A stretch of 59,963 bases of DNA, counting the filler. It is 5 parts of 5 records of this genome, joined end to end, with 100 filler letters (N's around TTAATTAATTAA, not from the genome) between each part and the next. Parts side by side here need not be neighbours in the genome. Positions count along the whole stretch, not along the records: positions 47,342 to 59,963 come from DRR723986_4962; 4 more parts are not named here. One strand, 5' to 3'. This document shows positions 48,378 to 57,959 of the stretch, in pieces. Made by a program: the position numbers and the translations under genes. Below the pieces are notes generated by a model. The model made no database searches and had not been told where the DNA came from. It saw nothing but the letters and a program-made list of their open reading frames with translations. Position 1 is the stretch's first letter, and every line of letters begins with the position of its first letter.

Positions 48378-49601
48378 ATGGACCTGGCCTTCACGCCGGA
48401 AGATCGCACCTTCCAGCAGGAAGTACGCGACTGGATTGCTGAAAACTATACGCCGGACCTGCGCGCCAAAAGCGCTGCGTCGAAGAATGGCTATCTCGAC
48501 AAGGAAGGTCAGGTCGCCTGGCAAAAGAAGCTCTATGAAAAAGGTTGGGTTGCACCCAACTGGCCGGTTGAGTTTGGCGGTCCAGGTCTGTCAGCGTCCG
48601 AACGCTACATACTGAACATGGAGCTGTCCTCGGCGGGGACTCCGCCGGTCAGCCCGATGGGCATATCCATGGTCGCCCCGGTGATCATGGCGTTCGGCTC
48701 GGACGAGCAGAAGAAGAAATACCTGCCTCCCATCCTCCGGTCCGATGTCTGGTGGTGCCAGGGGTATTCCGAGCCTGGCTCGGGCTCCGATCTCGCATCA
48801 TTGCAGATGAGCGCCGTACGGGATGGTGACGACTACGTGCTCAACGGCTCGAAAATCTGGACGACCCACGCCCAATGGGCCGACATGATTTTCTGCCTCG
48901 TGCGCACGTCCCGCGAAGGCAAGCAGCAGGAAGGCATCAGCTTCATCATCTTCCCGATGACCTTGCCCGGGATCAAGATTTCTCCGTTGCCGACGCTGGA
49001 TGGCCCGGCAGAAGGGGCACAGGAAATCAATCAGGTCTTCTTTGAAAACGTCCGTGTTCCGATTTCCGAGGCGCTCGTCGGTGAGGAAAACAAGGGCTGG
49101 ACCTATGCTAAATACCTGCTCCAGTTCGAGCGGGGTAATGCCTATGCGCCCGGCCTGCGTGCTATGCTCAAAAAGGCACGCAAGATCGCCAGCGTTGAGG
49201 AAGCGAACGGCGAGGCGCTGATCCGGGACAAGGACTTCGCCCGCAAAATGGCGCAGCTCGAGATCAAGATCGATAGCCTCGATGCGACCGAACAGCGGAT
49301 CTTCTCCGCCTTGTCTGCCGGGCAGGCGGTAGGTCCGGAAAGCTCGATGCTGAAATGTGCCGGATCGGAGACGCAGCAAGCGATCACCGAATTGGTGATC
49401 GAGGCGGCGGGCACCTACGGTGCACCATTTGTACGGGACAATTTTGCGATTGCCCGTGAAGGCGCGAATGCCGGCCTGGCATTTCCGGCCTACTCGGTCA
49501 CCGCGGCTCCCAGCTATTTCAACTATCGGAAAACCTCCATCTACGCCGGCTCCAACGAGATCCAGCGGAACATCATGGCCAAGATGGTCCTGGGGCTCTG
49601 A
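48378..49601 (+). CDS. Acyl-CoA dehydrogenase (PimC-like)
   Basis: WCQGYSEPGSGSDLASL, NGSKIWTT, SIYAGSNEIQRNI. Confidence 0.92.
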   Translation: MDLAFTPEDRTFQQEVRDWIAENYTPDLRAKSAASKNGYLDKEGQVAWQKKLYEKGWVAPNWPVEFGGPGLSASERYILNMELSSAGTPPVSPMGISMVAPVIMAFGSDEQKKKYLPPILRSDVWWCQGYSEPGSGSDLASLQMSAVRDGDDYVLNGSKIWTTHAQWADMIFCLVRTSREGKQQEGISFIIFPMTLPGIKISPLPTLDGPAEGAQEINQVFFENVRVPISEALVGEENKGWTYAKYLLQFERGNAYAPGLRAMLKKARKIASVEEANGEALIRDKDFARKMAQLEIKIDSLDATEQRIFSALSAGQAVGPESSMLKCAGSETQQAITELVIEAAGTYGAPFVRDNFAIAREGANAGLAFPAYSVTAAPSYFNYRKTSIYAGSNEIQRNIMAKMVLGL

Positions 49602-49610
49602 CGGTCGACG

Positions 49611-51065
49611 ATGACGGACACTGTTTCCGCGAAGGCCTCCGGGCCCAGCCTGCCAACCCGGCTTGCGTTCGGGTTTGGCGGTGCGGCCGAAGGGATCAAG
49701 AACAACGGGTTCGAATACTTCCTGCTGTTCTTTTACAGCCAAATACTGGGCGTTCCCGCGGCGATGGTTTTCCTCGCCCTGATGATCGCTTTGGTCGTCG
49801 ATGCGATGTCCGACCCGATTGTCGGGTATTGGTCCGACAATATCCGCACCCGTATCGGCCGGCGGCATCCTTTCATGTATGCGGCGCTCCTGCCGGTCGG
49901 ACTGACTTACTACCTCGCCTGGAATCCGCCTGAAGGCTTGTCGACAAACGGCTTGTTTGTCTGGCTTCTGGTTCTGACAATCAGTGTGCGGCTGTCTTTC
50001 ACGATGTATGAGGTGCCGAGTACGGCGCTGGTTCCGGAGCTGACGCCGGAATATGACGCTCGCACCAGCCTGATGTCATACCGCTACTTCTTCGCATGGG
50101 TCGGCGGTCTTTCCATCCAGATTTTCCTGCTCTTCTTCCTGTTGAAGCCGAGCGAACAAAACCCGTCCGGCTATTTCCATATTCCCGGCTGGCATCTCTA
50201 TGGTCAGGTTGCGGCCGGTGTCATTCTGCTCGCGGCCGCCGTGTCGACAATCGGCACACATGCCCGAATTCCTCATCTCAAGGCGCCGCCCGCGCAAAGG
50301 AACCTGACCCTCGGCAAGGTTTTCTCGGAAATCTTCGAGACGATTTCGAACCCGTCCTTCCGGGCCTTGTTCCTGGCCACGCTGTTCGGTCTGCTGGCCT
50401 CCGGCGTTTCCGCTTCACTCAATCAGTACATCAATGGCTACTTCTGGGGCTTCACAACGACCCAGACGGCGGGCCTGACAGTCGCTGTGTACATATCTGC
50501 TGTGCTGGCCCTGATCATTGCACCGATCGCCGGCCGGATATTCGGGAAGAAGCGAGCGGCCCTTTCGATTGGCGTTCTGGCGTTCACGATCGCACCGGCG
50601 CCGGTCTTCGCGCGCCTGTTGGGACTGATGCCTCCAAATGGAACTGATGCGCTGTATAATATTGTCCTGACGATCACGATCTTTGACCTTGCGCTCATCA
50701 TCGCCACACAAATGCTGATGGGTTCGATGGTCGCTGACATTGTCGAGGATAGCGAGGTCCAGACGGGCCGGCGGTCAGAAGGCATTTTCTATGCAGGGAT
50801 CAGCTTTATCCGGAAGCTGGCGCAGGCCTCCGGCGTATTCGTCGCGACCATGGTTCTGACATTTGCCGGTATTCAGGAAGGGGCTCAACCAGACAAGGTC
50901 ACCGACAGCTCGTTGACGTCACTTGGTTGGGGCTATGCGGTGACGCTGCTCGCAGCATGGACGCTGATGATGCTCTGCGTCGGCTTCTACCGGATCAGCC
51001 GCGAGTCGCATGAAAACAACCTTGCGACACTCGCAGCACGAGGGGCAGAAGAGGCAAGTCACTGA
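49611..51065 (+). CDS. MFS transporter, GPH (glycoside-pentoside-hexuronide:cation symporter) family
   Basis: DAMSDPIVGYWSD...GRRHPF, ELTPEYDART, GRRSEGIF; about 12 TM segments. Confidence 0.9.
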   Translation: MTDTVSAKASGPSLPTRLAFGFGGAAEGIKNNGFEYFLLFFYSQILGVPAAMVFLALMIALVVDAMSDPIVGYWSDNIRTRIGRRHPFMYAALLPVGLTYYLAWNPPEGLSTNGLFVWLLVLTISVRLSFTMYEVPSTALVPELTPEYDARTSLMSYRYFFAWVGGLSIQIFLLFFLLKPSEQNPSGYFHIPGWHLYGQVAAGVILLAAAVSTIGTHARIPHLKAPPAQRNLTLGKVFSEIFETISNPSFRALFLATLFGLLASGVSASLNQYINGYFWGFTTTQTAGLTVAVYISAVLALIIAPIAGRIFGKKRAALSIGVLAFTIAPAPVFARLLGLMPPNGTDALYNIVLTITIFDLALIIATQMLMGSMVADIVEDSEVQTGRRSEGIFYAGISFIRKLAQASGVFVATMVLTFAGIQEGAQPDKVTDSSLTSLGWGYAVTLLAAWTLMMLCVGFYRISRESHENNLATLAARGAEEASH

Positions 51066-51150
51066 ATTTCTGACTGAATTGTCATGAACCGCCGAATTGC
51101 CACTCCTTCAGCGCCGCAATAGAGCCATAGACATGTTGCACGCTCTTCGC

Positions 51151-52554
51151 ATGACAAGACATGTTTCAAAGTACCTGGCAGTGGCCGGGCTTTGTGTGGT
51201 GGCACTTCTGGTGCTGGCGGTTTCACCCCTGATGGCCAACGCCCAGCGATTGCCGGAGACGCGATCCGAGATCGAGCTGACCTTCGCGCCGCTCGTGAGG
51301 GAGGTCTCGCCTGCCGTGGTGAATGTCTACACGCAGAAGACGGTGAAGACCGGCGTGACGCCGATGGAGATGCTGCTCTATGGCCGGGCGGCTCCGCAAA
51401 GCCGGGTTCAGAATTCCCTGGGCTCCGGTGTTATCGTCCGTGATGACGGTGTGATCGTCACGAACAACCACGTGGTTAAAGATGCGGATTCATTCCGTGT
51501 CGTCCTGAGCGACCGGCGGGAGTATCCGGCGGAGCTGGTTCTGAACGATGAACGGACAGACCTTGCCGTGCTCAAAATCGATACTGGCGGCGACAAGCTT
51601 CCGGTCCTGCACTATGCAGATACGCGAGAGGCGCAGGTGGGTGATCTGGTTATGGCCATCGGCAACCCGTTCGGCGTCGGCCAGACCGTCACCAGCGGTA
51701 TTATCTCTGCGACGGCTCGTACGGATGTTGGCATCTCCGACTACTCCTTCTTCATTCAGACCGACGCGGCGGTGAACCCCGGCAACTCCGGCGGGGCACT
51801 TGTGGATATGAAGGGTCAGCTGGTCGGCGTGAACACGGCGATCTTTTCGCGGGGCGGCGGATCGAATGGCATCGGATTCGCCATCCCGTCGGAAATGGTC
51901 AAACGCGTTGTCGATGCGGCCATGAATGAAGGTACATTTGTGCGCCCATGGCTGGGGCTCGCCGCGCAATCGGTCAGTTTCGACATGGCCAGGGCGCAAG
52001 GCCTGTCCCGTCCCATCGGCGTGATGGTCACAGAGGTTTACGACGGTGGCCCGGCTGACAAGTCTGGTCTGCGCCGTGGTGATCTGGTCACCGCCATTGA
52101 TGGCCGTGAAGTGTTCGACGAGAAGGGCCTGAAATTCCTCGCCGCGATTCGTAATCCCGGTGAGAAGGCGCAGCTCAACGTGCTGCGCGGCGGCCGCAAT
52201 CAGGTGATCGGCGTCAGGGTTGAGCCGCCGCCCGGCGCAACGGAGGCCGATATCGTGCTGCTGGAAGGGCAGGATGTTTTCAACGGCGCGCGTGTGGTTG
52301 AGCTTTCGCCGCGCCTTGCCGAGGAGAACGGGCTCGACCCGTTCCAGAAGGGCTCCGGCATCTATGTCTATTCCGTTGCCCGCCGGTCGGTGGCGCGCAA
52401 CTATTTCCGTCCGGGCGACATCATTCGTTCCGTCAACGGCAAGCAGACCAAGACCGTGAAAGACCTGGAAGCCGTGCTCAAGGATTCAGATCGAAGCTGG
52501 AATATTGAACTGGACCGCAACGGGCGGACCATCCGGGGGACGGTCCGCCTCTAA
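51151..52554 (+). CDS. Do/DegQ (HtrA) family serine endopeptidase
   Basis: TNNHVV, DLAVLK, QTDAAVNPGNSGGAL, two PDZ domains; start uncertain. Confidence 0.93.
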   Translation: MTRHVSKYLAVAGLCVVALLVLAVSPLMANAQRLPETRSEIELTFAPLVREVSPAVVNVYTQKTVKTGVTPMEMLLYGRAAPQSRVQNSLGSGVIVRDDGVIVTNNHVVKDADSFRVVLSDRREYPAELVLNDERTDLAVLKIDTGGDKLPVLHYADTREAQVGDLVMAIGNPFGVGQTVTSGIISATARTDVGISDYSFFIQTDAAVNPGNSGGALVDMKGQLVGVNTAIFSRGGGSNGIGFAIPSEMVKRVVDAAMNEGTFVRPWLGLAAQSVSFDMARAQGLSRPIGVMVTEVYDGGPADKSGLRRGDLVTAIDGREVFDEKGLKFLAAIRNPGEKAQLNVLRGGRNQVIGVRVEPPPGATEADIVLLEGQDVFNGARVVELSPRLAEENGLDPFQKGSGIYVYSVARRSVARNYFRPGDIIRSVNGKQTKTVKDLEAVLKDSDRSWNIELDRNGRTIRGTVRL

Positions 52555-52560
52555 AGCGCT

Positions 52561-53823
52561 TCAGTTCGTTTTCGGATGCAGGACCACCGGCAGGTGGGTG
52601 TAGCCGAGCACGAAGTTCGACAGGACGCGTTCCGGTTCGCCGACGACTTCGACGTTGTCAAAGCGATTCATGATCTCTTCCCACAGGATCCGCAGCTGCA
52701 TCTCGGCGACACGGTTGCCCATGCAGCGGTGGATGCCGAAGCCAAACGAAACGTGTCGGCGGGCATTCTGGCGGTCGATCAGGAACTCGTCCGGCCGTTC
52801 GATCGCTTCTTCATCGCGGTTGCCTGATACGTACCACATCACGACCTTGTCGCCCTTGCGTATCTTTTGCCCGCCAAGTTCCGTATCTTCTGTCGCGACC
52901 CGCCGCATATGGGCCAGCGGTGTCTGGTAGCGGATAATCTCTGAGACCATGTTCGGGATCAGCGAAGGGTCCGCTTTCAGCTTGGCGTACTGGTCTGGAA
53001 ACTTGTTGAGGAAGTAGACGCCGCCGGAGATCGAGTTGCGGGTCGTGTCGTTTCCGCCCACGATCAGCAGCATCAGGTTGCCGAGCAGTTCGATCGGATT
53101 GTTCACCATGTCCTTGGTCTGCGGATCATGGGCCAGCAGGGAAATGAAGTCGAACTTCCGTGGTTCTGCGGCGCGTTGGTGCCAAAGCTCGGTGAAGCTG
53201 GCGAGGCATTCATTGAGATGCTTCATCCGCCATTCCATGTCTGCGCCGGCGACGCCGACCGCGTCCGAAGTTGTCGCGACATCAGACCAGAAGGGCAGCT
53301 TGTGCCGGTCTTCAAACGGGTAGTCGAATAGCGTTGCGAGCATCTGGGTGGTCAGCTCGATTGAAACACGGTCTACCCAGTTGAATTCCTCACCAACCGG
53401 CAAGCTGTCCAGGATATTGCAGACGCGCTGGCGGATCAGGTTTTCCAGTTCCGATAGTTGGCTCGGGGCGACAGCCGGCTGGGCGGCCTTGCGCTGGATG
53501 TCATGGATCGGCGGATCCATTGCGATGAACATCGGTGGCTGGAAGTCGTCAGACGGGTCGCCAATCACGATGCTGGGGACGGACGAAAACACCTTGTGGT
53601 TCGAATCGACCGCGATGATGTCGTTGTATTTCGTGACGGACCAATAGGCGCCCACGGCGCTTTCCGGGCAAAAGTGGACCGGGGCTTCCTTGCGCAGTCG
53701 TCTGAAATACTCTCCCTGTTTGTTTTGCTGGAAGATTTCCGCTTTCGAAACGTCGAAACCTTCAAGGGGAAGGCTCCACGGATCAGGAACTTCCACGTCT
53801 ATCGACTGCGCTGTGTCGGCCAT
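52561..53823 (-). CDS. Cytochrome P450, CYP153-like
   Basis: MFIAMDPP, LLIVGGNDTTRNS, EIIR, FGFGIHRCMGNR (heme Cys). Confidence 0.92.
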   Translation of the reverse strand: MADTAQSIDVEVPDPWSLPLEGFDVSKAEIFQQNKQGEYFRRLRKEAPVHFCPESAVGAYWSVTKYNDIIAVDSNHKVFSSVPSIVIGDPSDDFQPPMFIAMDPPIHDIQRKAAQPAVAPSQLSELENLIRQRVCNILDSLPVGEEFNWVDRVSIELTTQMLATLFDYPFEDRHKLPFWSDVATTSDAVGVAGADMEWRMKHLNECLASFTELWHQRAAEPRKFDFISLLAHDPQTKDMVNNPIELLGNLMLLIVGGNDTTRNSISGGVYFLNKFPDQYAKLKADPSLIPNMVSEIIRYQTPLAHMRRVATEDTELGGQKIRKGDKVVMWYVSGNRDEEAIERPDEFLIDRQNARRHVSFGFGIHRCMGNRVAEMQLRILWEEIMNRFDNVEVVGEPERVLSNFVLGYTHLPVVLHPKTN

Positions 53824-53897
53824 ATTTTCCTCCCAAACAGGCTTTTTCCGCCCTTATGGGAAATAGAGTACGTGCGAAGCTCGGTTCTGGGAAGTTT

Positions 53898-54740
53898 TTA
53901 AGCCGCCCCAATTGTTGTGCGGTGCAGCAAGCGATCATGCCCGGCATAGCCGCCTGTCGCCATGTGCAGCAGGCAGCGATTGTCCCACATCAGCAACATG
54001 TCCGGCTCCCATTTGTGACGGTACTGGAATTCCGGACGGGTCTGCCAGCGATAAAGATCCGCCACCAATTCCCAGCCTTCCTCCTGATCCATCCCTGCAA
54101 TGCCGACGATGTAGCCGGCGCAGCCGAACAGTGATTTGCGGCCCGTTTCGGGATGCGTGCGAATGAGGTCGTGCCGCTCTGTCGCCTCGGCGTCGGAAGA
54201 TGGGCGGATATCCATGCTCCGTCCCTTGGCCTTGTCATCTTCGCCATACATTCCCACCGGAGAATAGGCGTTGCGGGCCGAATGATTGGCGTGGCGCCCT
54301 TCAATGCGTTCGCGCAGCTCGTCCGGCATTTGCTCCAGCGCCATATACTGGTTAGCGAAGAGCGTATCGCCGCCGCTGGGCGGAATGGTAATGCCGAACA
54401 GGCAGGTTCCCTGAGGCGGGCGCTTCTGGAAGCTCCAGTCGGAGTGCCAGCTTTCCGCGAAAATAGGGGCGGTTTCGTCTGCGGCGCGTTTGACGGCGAT
54501 GATGTGCGGATGCCCTTCGATGGGGGCAATGAACGGGTCATCGCCGAACGGCCCAAAGTATTGCGTAAATCGCTCCAAGTCCGAATTGGTCATCTTCTGG
54601 TCCGGAAAAGACAGGACCTGGTGGTCCAGCCAGGCCTTCCGGATTTCGGCGATCGTCTCTTTGTCCAACGGACGGGTCAGGTCCAAGCCGCGCACGGTTG
54701 CGCCGCAGGCCTGCCCGGATGGTGTGATCTCCAGGCTCAT
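53898..54740 (-). CDS. TauD/TfdA family Fe(II)/2-oxoglutarate dioxygenase
   Basis: WHSD, GGDTLF, HPETGRK, WDNRCLLH, HRTTI. Confidence 0.92.
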   Translation of the reverse strand: MSLEITPSGQACGATVRGLDLTRPLDKETIAEIRKAWLDHQVLSFPDQKMTNSDLERFTQYFGPFGDDPFIAPIEGHPHIIAVKRAADETAPIFAESWHSDWSFQKRPPQGTCLFGITIPPSGGDTLFANQYMALEQMPDELRERIEGRHANHSARNAYSPVGMYGEDDKAKGRSMDIRPSSDAEATERHDLIRTHPETGRKSLFGCAGYIVGIAGMDQEEGWELVADLYRWQTRPEFQYRHKWEPDMLLMWDNRCLLHMATGGYAGHDRLLHRTTIGAA

Positions 54741-54799
54741 ATGCGTTTCCTCCGGTGCCTATCTTATCACAAGCCGCCCGCTCGCCTAGAACACGGGCC

Positions 54800-56110
54800 A
54801 TGAACGATTTGTTTGAAGCGGCCGGAATGTCTGAAGGCGCCCCACGGCCCCTGGCGGACCGGTTGCGCCCGCAGATACTGTCGGAAGTGGTCGGGCAGGA
54901 CCATCTTGTCGGCCCGGATGGCACGCTGACGCGTATGCTGCAGGCAAAGCGACTGTCCTCGATCATTTTCTGGGGGCCGCCCGGTGTCGGCAAGACGACC
55001 ATCGCCCGTTTGCTTGCGCAGGAAACGGATCTCGAATTCGAGGCGATCAGCGCGATTTTTTCAGGGGTGAAAGACCTGCGCGCAGCGTTCGACCGGGCAG
55101 AAGGGCGCCGGAAGGTCGGCAAGGGCACGCTTCTGTTTGTCGATGAGATCCACCGCTTCAACAAGGCGCAGCAGGACGGCTTCCTGCCGTTTGTCGAAAG
55201 TGGTGTCGTTACGCTGGTCGGCGCGACGACCGAAAATCCAAGCTTCGAAATCAACGGCGCGCTTCTGTCGCGCTGCCAGGTGCTTGTGCTTAAGCGGCTG
55301 GAAGAGGCTGCGCTGAGGGAGCTGATCAGCAGGGCAGAGGCGCTTGAAGGGCGTCCCTTGCCTGTTGTGAAAGAAGCGGTCGCTCCGGTTCTCGCAATGG
55401 CTGATGGTGACGGGCGCTACCTCCTCAATATCGTGGAGCAGCTCTATACGCTTGCCGGGCCAACGTCGGTTTTGAGCCTTGCGCAAGTCACTGCAGGTTT
55501 GCAAAAGCGCGCACCTGCCTACGACAAGGCCGGGGATGGCCACTACAATTTGATCTCGGCCTTACACAAGGCTGTGCGGGGGTCGGACCCCGATGCGGCG
55601 CTCTACTGGTTCGCGCGAATGATCGATGGCGGGGAAGACCCGCTCTATCTGGCTCGCCGTCTTGTCCGTATGGCCAGCGAGGATATCGGTCTTGCCGACC
55701 CGACGGCGCTGATGGTCACAAGCGAAGCCGCCCGGGCCTACGAGCGAATGGGGTCTCCGGAAGGGGAATTGGCTCTCGCGCATGCAGTGATCCATTTGGC
55801 GACCGCGCCGAAATCGAATGCGGCCTACGTGGCCTGGAAAGCCGCTCTTCAGTCCGCACGTGAGACCGGCAGCCTGATGCCTCCGAAACACATTCTGAAT
55901 GCACCCACGAAGATGATGAAGGATCAGGGGTACGGCGCGGGGTATGCCTATGATCACGATACGGAAGAGGGGGTGTCCGGTCAGAACTATTTTCCGGATG
56001 GTATGGAAAGGCAATCCTTCTACCAGCCTAAAGGAGAGGGGCGAGAGAAGTCGATCGTCGAACGCCTTGCGTGGATTGCGAAGATCCGAGACCGAAAGGG
56101 TGGAACGTGA
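54800..56110 (+). CDS. rarA: Replication-associated recombination protein A (MgsA/RarA)
   Basis: PLADRLRP, WGPPGVGKTT, DEIHRFNKAQQD, ATTENPSF, ASEDIGLAD, PKSN. Confidence 0.95.
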   Translation: MNDLFEAAGMSEGAPRPLADRLRPQILSEVVGQDHLVGPDGTLTRMLQAKRLSSIIFWGPPGVGKTTIARLLAQETDLEFEAISAIFSGVKDLRAAFDRAEGRRKVGKGTLLFVDEIHRFNKAQQDGFLPFVESGVVTLVGATTENPSFEINGALLSRCQVLVLKRLEEAALRELISRAEALEGRPLPVVKEAVAPVLAMADGDGRYLLNIVEQLYTLAGPTSVLSLAQVTAGLQKRAPAYDKAGDGHYNLISALHKAVRGSDPDAALYWFARMIDGGEDPLYLARRLVRMASEDIGLADPTALMVTSEAARAYERMGSPEGELALAHAVIHLATAPKSNAAYVAWKAALQSARETGSLMPPKHILNAPTKMMKDQGYGAGYAYDHDTEEGVSGQNYFPDGMERQSFYQPKGEGREKSIVERLAWIAKIRDRKGGT

Positions 56111-56838
56111 CGCGAAACCGCCCTGTGCCGGAACTCAGTACAGAAGCTGCCGACTTCGTGCGCAACCTTGTCATTCATGAGGATGACAAGGTGATTGTGT
56201 TCAACAAGCCGTCGGGCCTTGCCGTTCAAGGTGGTGGCGGCATCTCCAGATCTCTGGACGATTTGTTGGTCGCTTTCGCCAAATCAAACGGGAAGCGCCC
56301 CCGGCTGGTTCATCGTCTGGATCTTGGGACTTCCGGCGTCATCATCACCGCGCGGACGCAACCCGCTGCGGCATTCCTGTCGGAAGAGTTCGCGTCCCGG
56401 CGGACCGAGAAAACATATTTGGCACTCGTCCGCGGAGCGTTGCCGTCTGCCGATGAGGGGACTCTGAACACACCTTTGGTCAAAGTCGAGGAAGCTGGGC
56501 GACCGCGGATGATTGCAGCAAAGCCCGGTCGGAAAGGGGCACAAGTGGCGGTGACGCATTGGCGCATTCTGACACGAAGCGGTGATGCGGCGCTTCTCGA
56601 AGCACGGCCTGAGACGGGCCGGATGCACCAGATCCGCGCGCACTTATCCATTGCCGGGATGCCAATCCTGGGAGATTGGCTTTATGGTACTGGCGCAGAA
56701 GGTGCATCGCGCCTGATGCTGCATGCTGCGAAGCTGGTTGTGCGGCACCCGGATGGAGGTGAAATGTGCTTTGAGGCGCCTTTGCCTGAAGACTTCAAGT
56801 TGGCCGCCACGGCACTCGGGCTTCAGGCCGGTTTATAG
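56107..56838 (+). CDS. RluA family pseudouridine synthase
   Basis: NKPSGLAV, HRLDLGTSG, TGRMHQIRAH, ILGDWLY, LMLHA; GTGA overlap with rarA. Confidence 0.92.
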   Translation: MTRNRPVPELSTEAADFVRNLVIHEDDKVIVFNKPSGLAVQGGGGISRSLDDLLVAFAKSNGKRPRLVHRLDLGTSGVIITARTQPAAAFLSEEFASRRTEKTYLALVRGALPSADEGTLNTPLVKVEEAGRPRMIAAKPGRKGAQVAVTHWRILTRSGDAALLEARPETGRMHQIRAHLSIAGMPILGDWLYGTGAEGASRLMLHAAKLVVRHPDGGEMCFEAPLPEDFKLAATALGLQAGL

Positions 56839-57833
56839 TAGTCGCGGTACCACTCGACGAAGGCCTGAATGCCGGCTTTAACATCCGTGGTGGGAACATA
56901 ACCGGTAAGCGCCTCAAGCAAGCTCACATCGGCATAGGTCTGCTTCACGTCACCGGGCTGCATGTCCAGCATGTTCTTCACGGCCTTTTTGCCGATCGCC
57001 TCTTCAATGGCTTCGATATAGTCCATCAGGCGCACGGGGGCGGCATGGCCAATATTGACCAGGCGATAGGGCGCGACGGGGCTGAGGGAGTCATTCCGCG
57101 TAACGGGCTCTCCGGCGACTGGTGGTGTGTCCATCAGGCGACGGATCGCTTCGACGAGGTCATCGATATATGTGAAGTCCCGCATCAGATCGCCTCGATT
57201 ATAAACATCGATGGGCTCGTTCTTGAAAATGCGGTCCGTAAACAGGAAGAACGCCATGTCCGGTCTGCCCCATGGGCCGTAGACGCTGAAAAAGCGGAGC
57301 AGCGTGGTGGGGGTGCCGTAGAGATGGGAGTGGCTGTGGGCGATCAACTCGCTCGATAGTTTGGTCGCGGCGTAAATCGTCAAGGGGTGAGGGGCCGGAT
57401 CGGTCTCTTCAAATGGAAACTTCTGGTTCGCGCCGTAGGCGGACGAAGTAGATGCGAGGACAAGATGCTTGGTGCCGTGAAGCCTCGCCAGTTCAATGAC
57501 ATTGAACGAGCCGACAATATTGGATGATATGTATTCCCGCGGGTGATCCAGGCTATAGCGGACACCTGCCTGTGCGGCGAGGTGAACGACAGTGTCGGGA
57601 GCGCTTTCACGGAAGGCGACCGCCATCGCCTCCTCATCCTCAACCTTTATCTCGTGCATGCGGAAGTTCTTGTGGGTGTCCAGCCGCTTCACGCGATTCC
57701 GTTTCAGGGCGACATCATAATAGGACGAGAAACAGTCGACGCCGGTCACCTCGTGGCCTTCCTTCACGAGGCGAAGAGACAATTCACTGCCAATAAAACC
57801 GGCGGCGCCGGTAACGAGGATCTTCATGCTCAT
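56823..57833 (-). CDS. UDP-glucuronate 4-epimerase-like NAD-dependent epimerase
   Basis: TGAAGFIG, HLAAQAGVRYS, YAATK, RFFSVYGPWGRPDMA, RDFTYIDD. Confidence 0.9.
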   Translation of the reverse strand: MSMKILVTGAAGFIGSELSLRLVKEGHEVTGVDCFSSYYDVALKRNRVKRLDTHKNFRMHEIKVEDEEAMAVAFRESAPDTVVHLAAQAGVRYSLDHPREYISSNIVGSFNVIELARLHGTKHLVLASTSSAYGANQKFPFEETDPAPHPLTIYAATKLSSELIAHSHSHLYGTPTTLLRFFSVYGPWGRPDMAFFLFTDRIFKNEPIDVYNRGDLMRDFTYIDDLVEAIRRLMDTPPVAGEPVTRNDSLSPVAPYRLVNIGHAAPVRLMDYIEAIEEAIGKKAVKNMLDMQPGDVKQTYADVSLLEALTGYVPTTDVKAGIQAFVEWYRDYYKPA

Positions 57834-57898
57834 GCCCTGTTTTGGGTTCCGGGCTATATGATCGCTGCTGTCCGTACAAGCATTGAACGCCGCTTCAA

Positions 57899-57929
57899 AG
57901 AAAAGGCCTTCCGGTTTCCCGAAAGGCCT
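57899..57929 (-). terminator. Rho-independent terminator downstream of sppA
   Basis: aggcctt...aaggcct hairpin next to an A-run (U-tract on the minus strand). Confidence 0.6.
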
Positions 57930-57959
57930 CCTCCGTCAGGTTTCCTCAGGTGATCGTGC

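Noticed and set aside
23435-53823. alkB and CYP153 as a joint alkane-degradation locus
   Set aside because: They are on different contigs, probably from different organisms
56823-56838. 16-bp convergent overlap between the RluA-family and epimerase genes
   Set aside because: Short tail-to-tail overlaps are common
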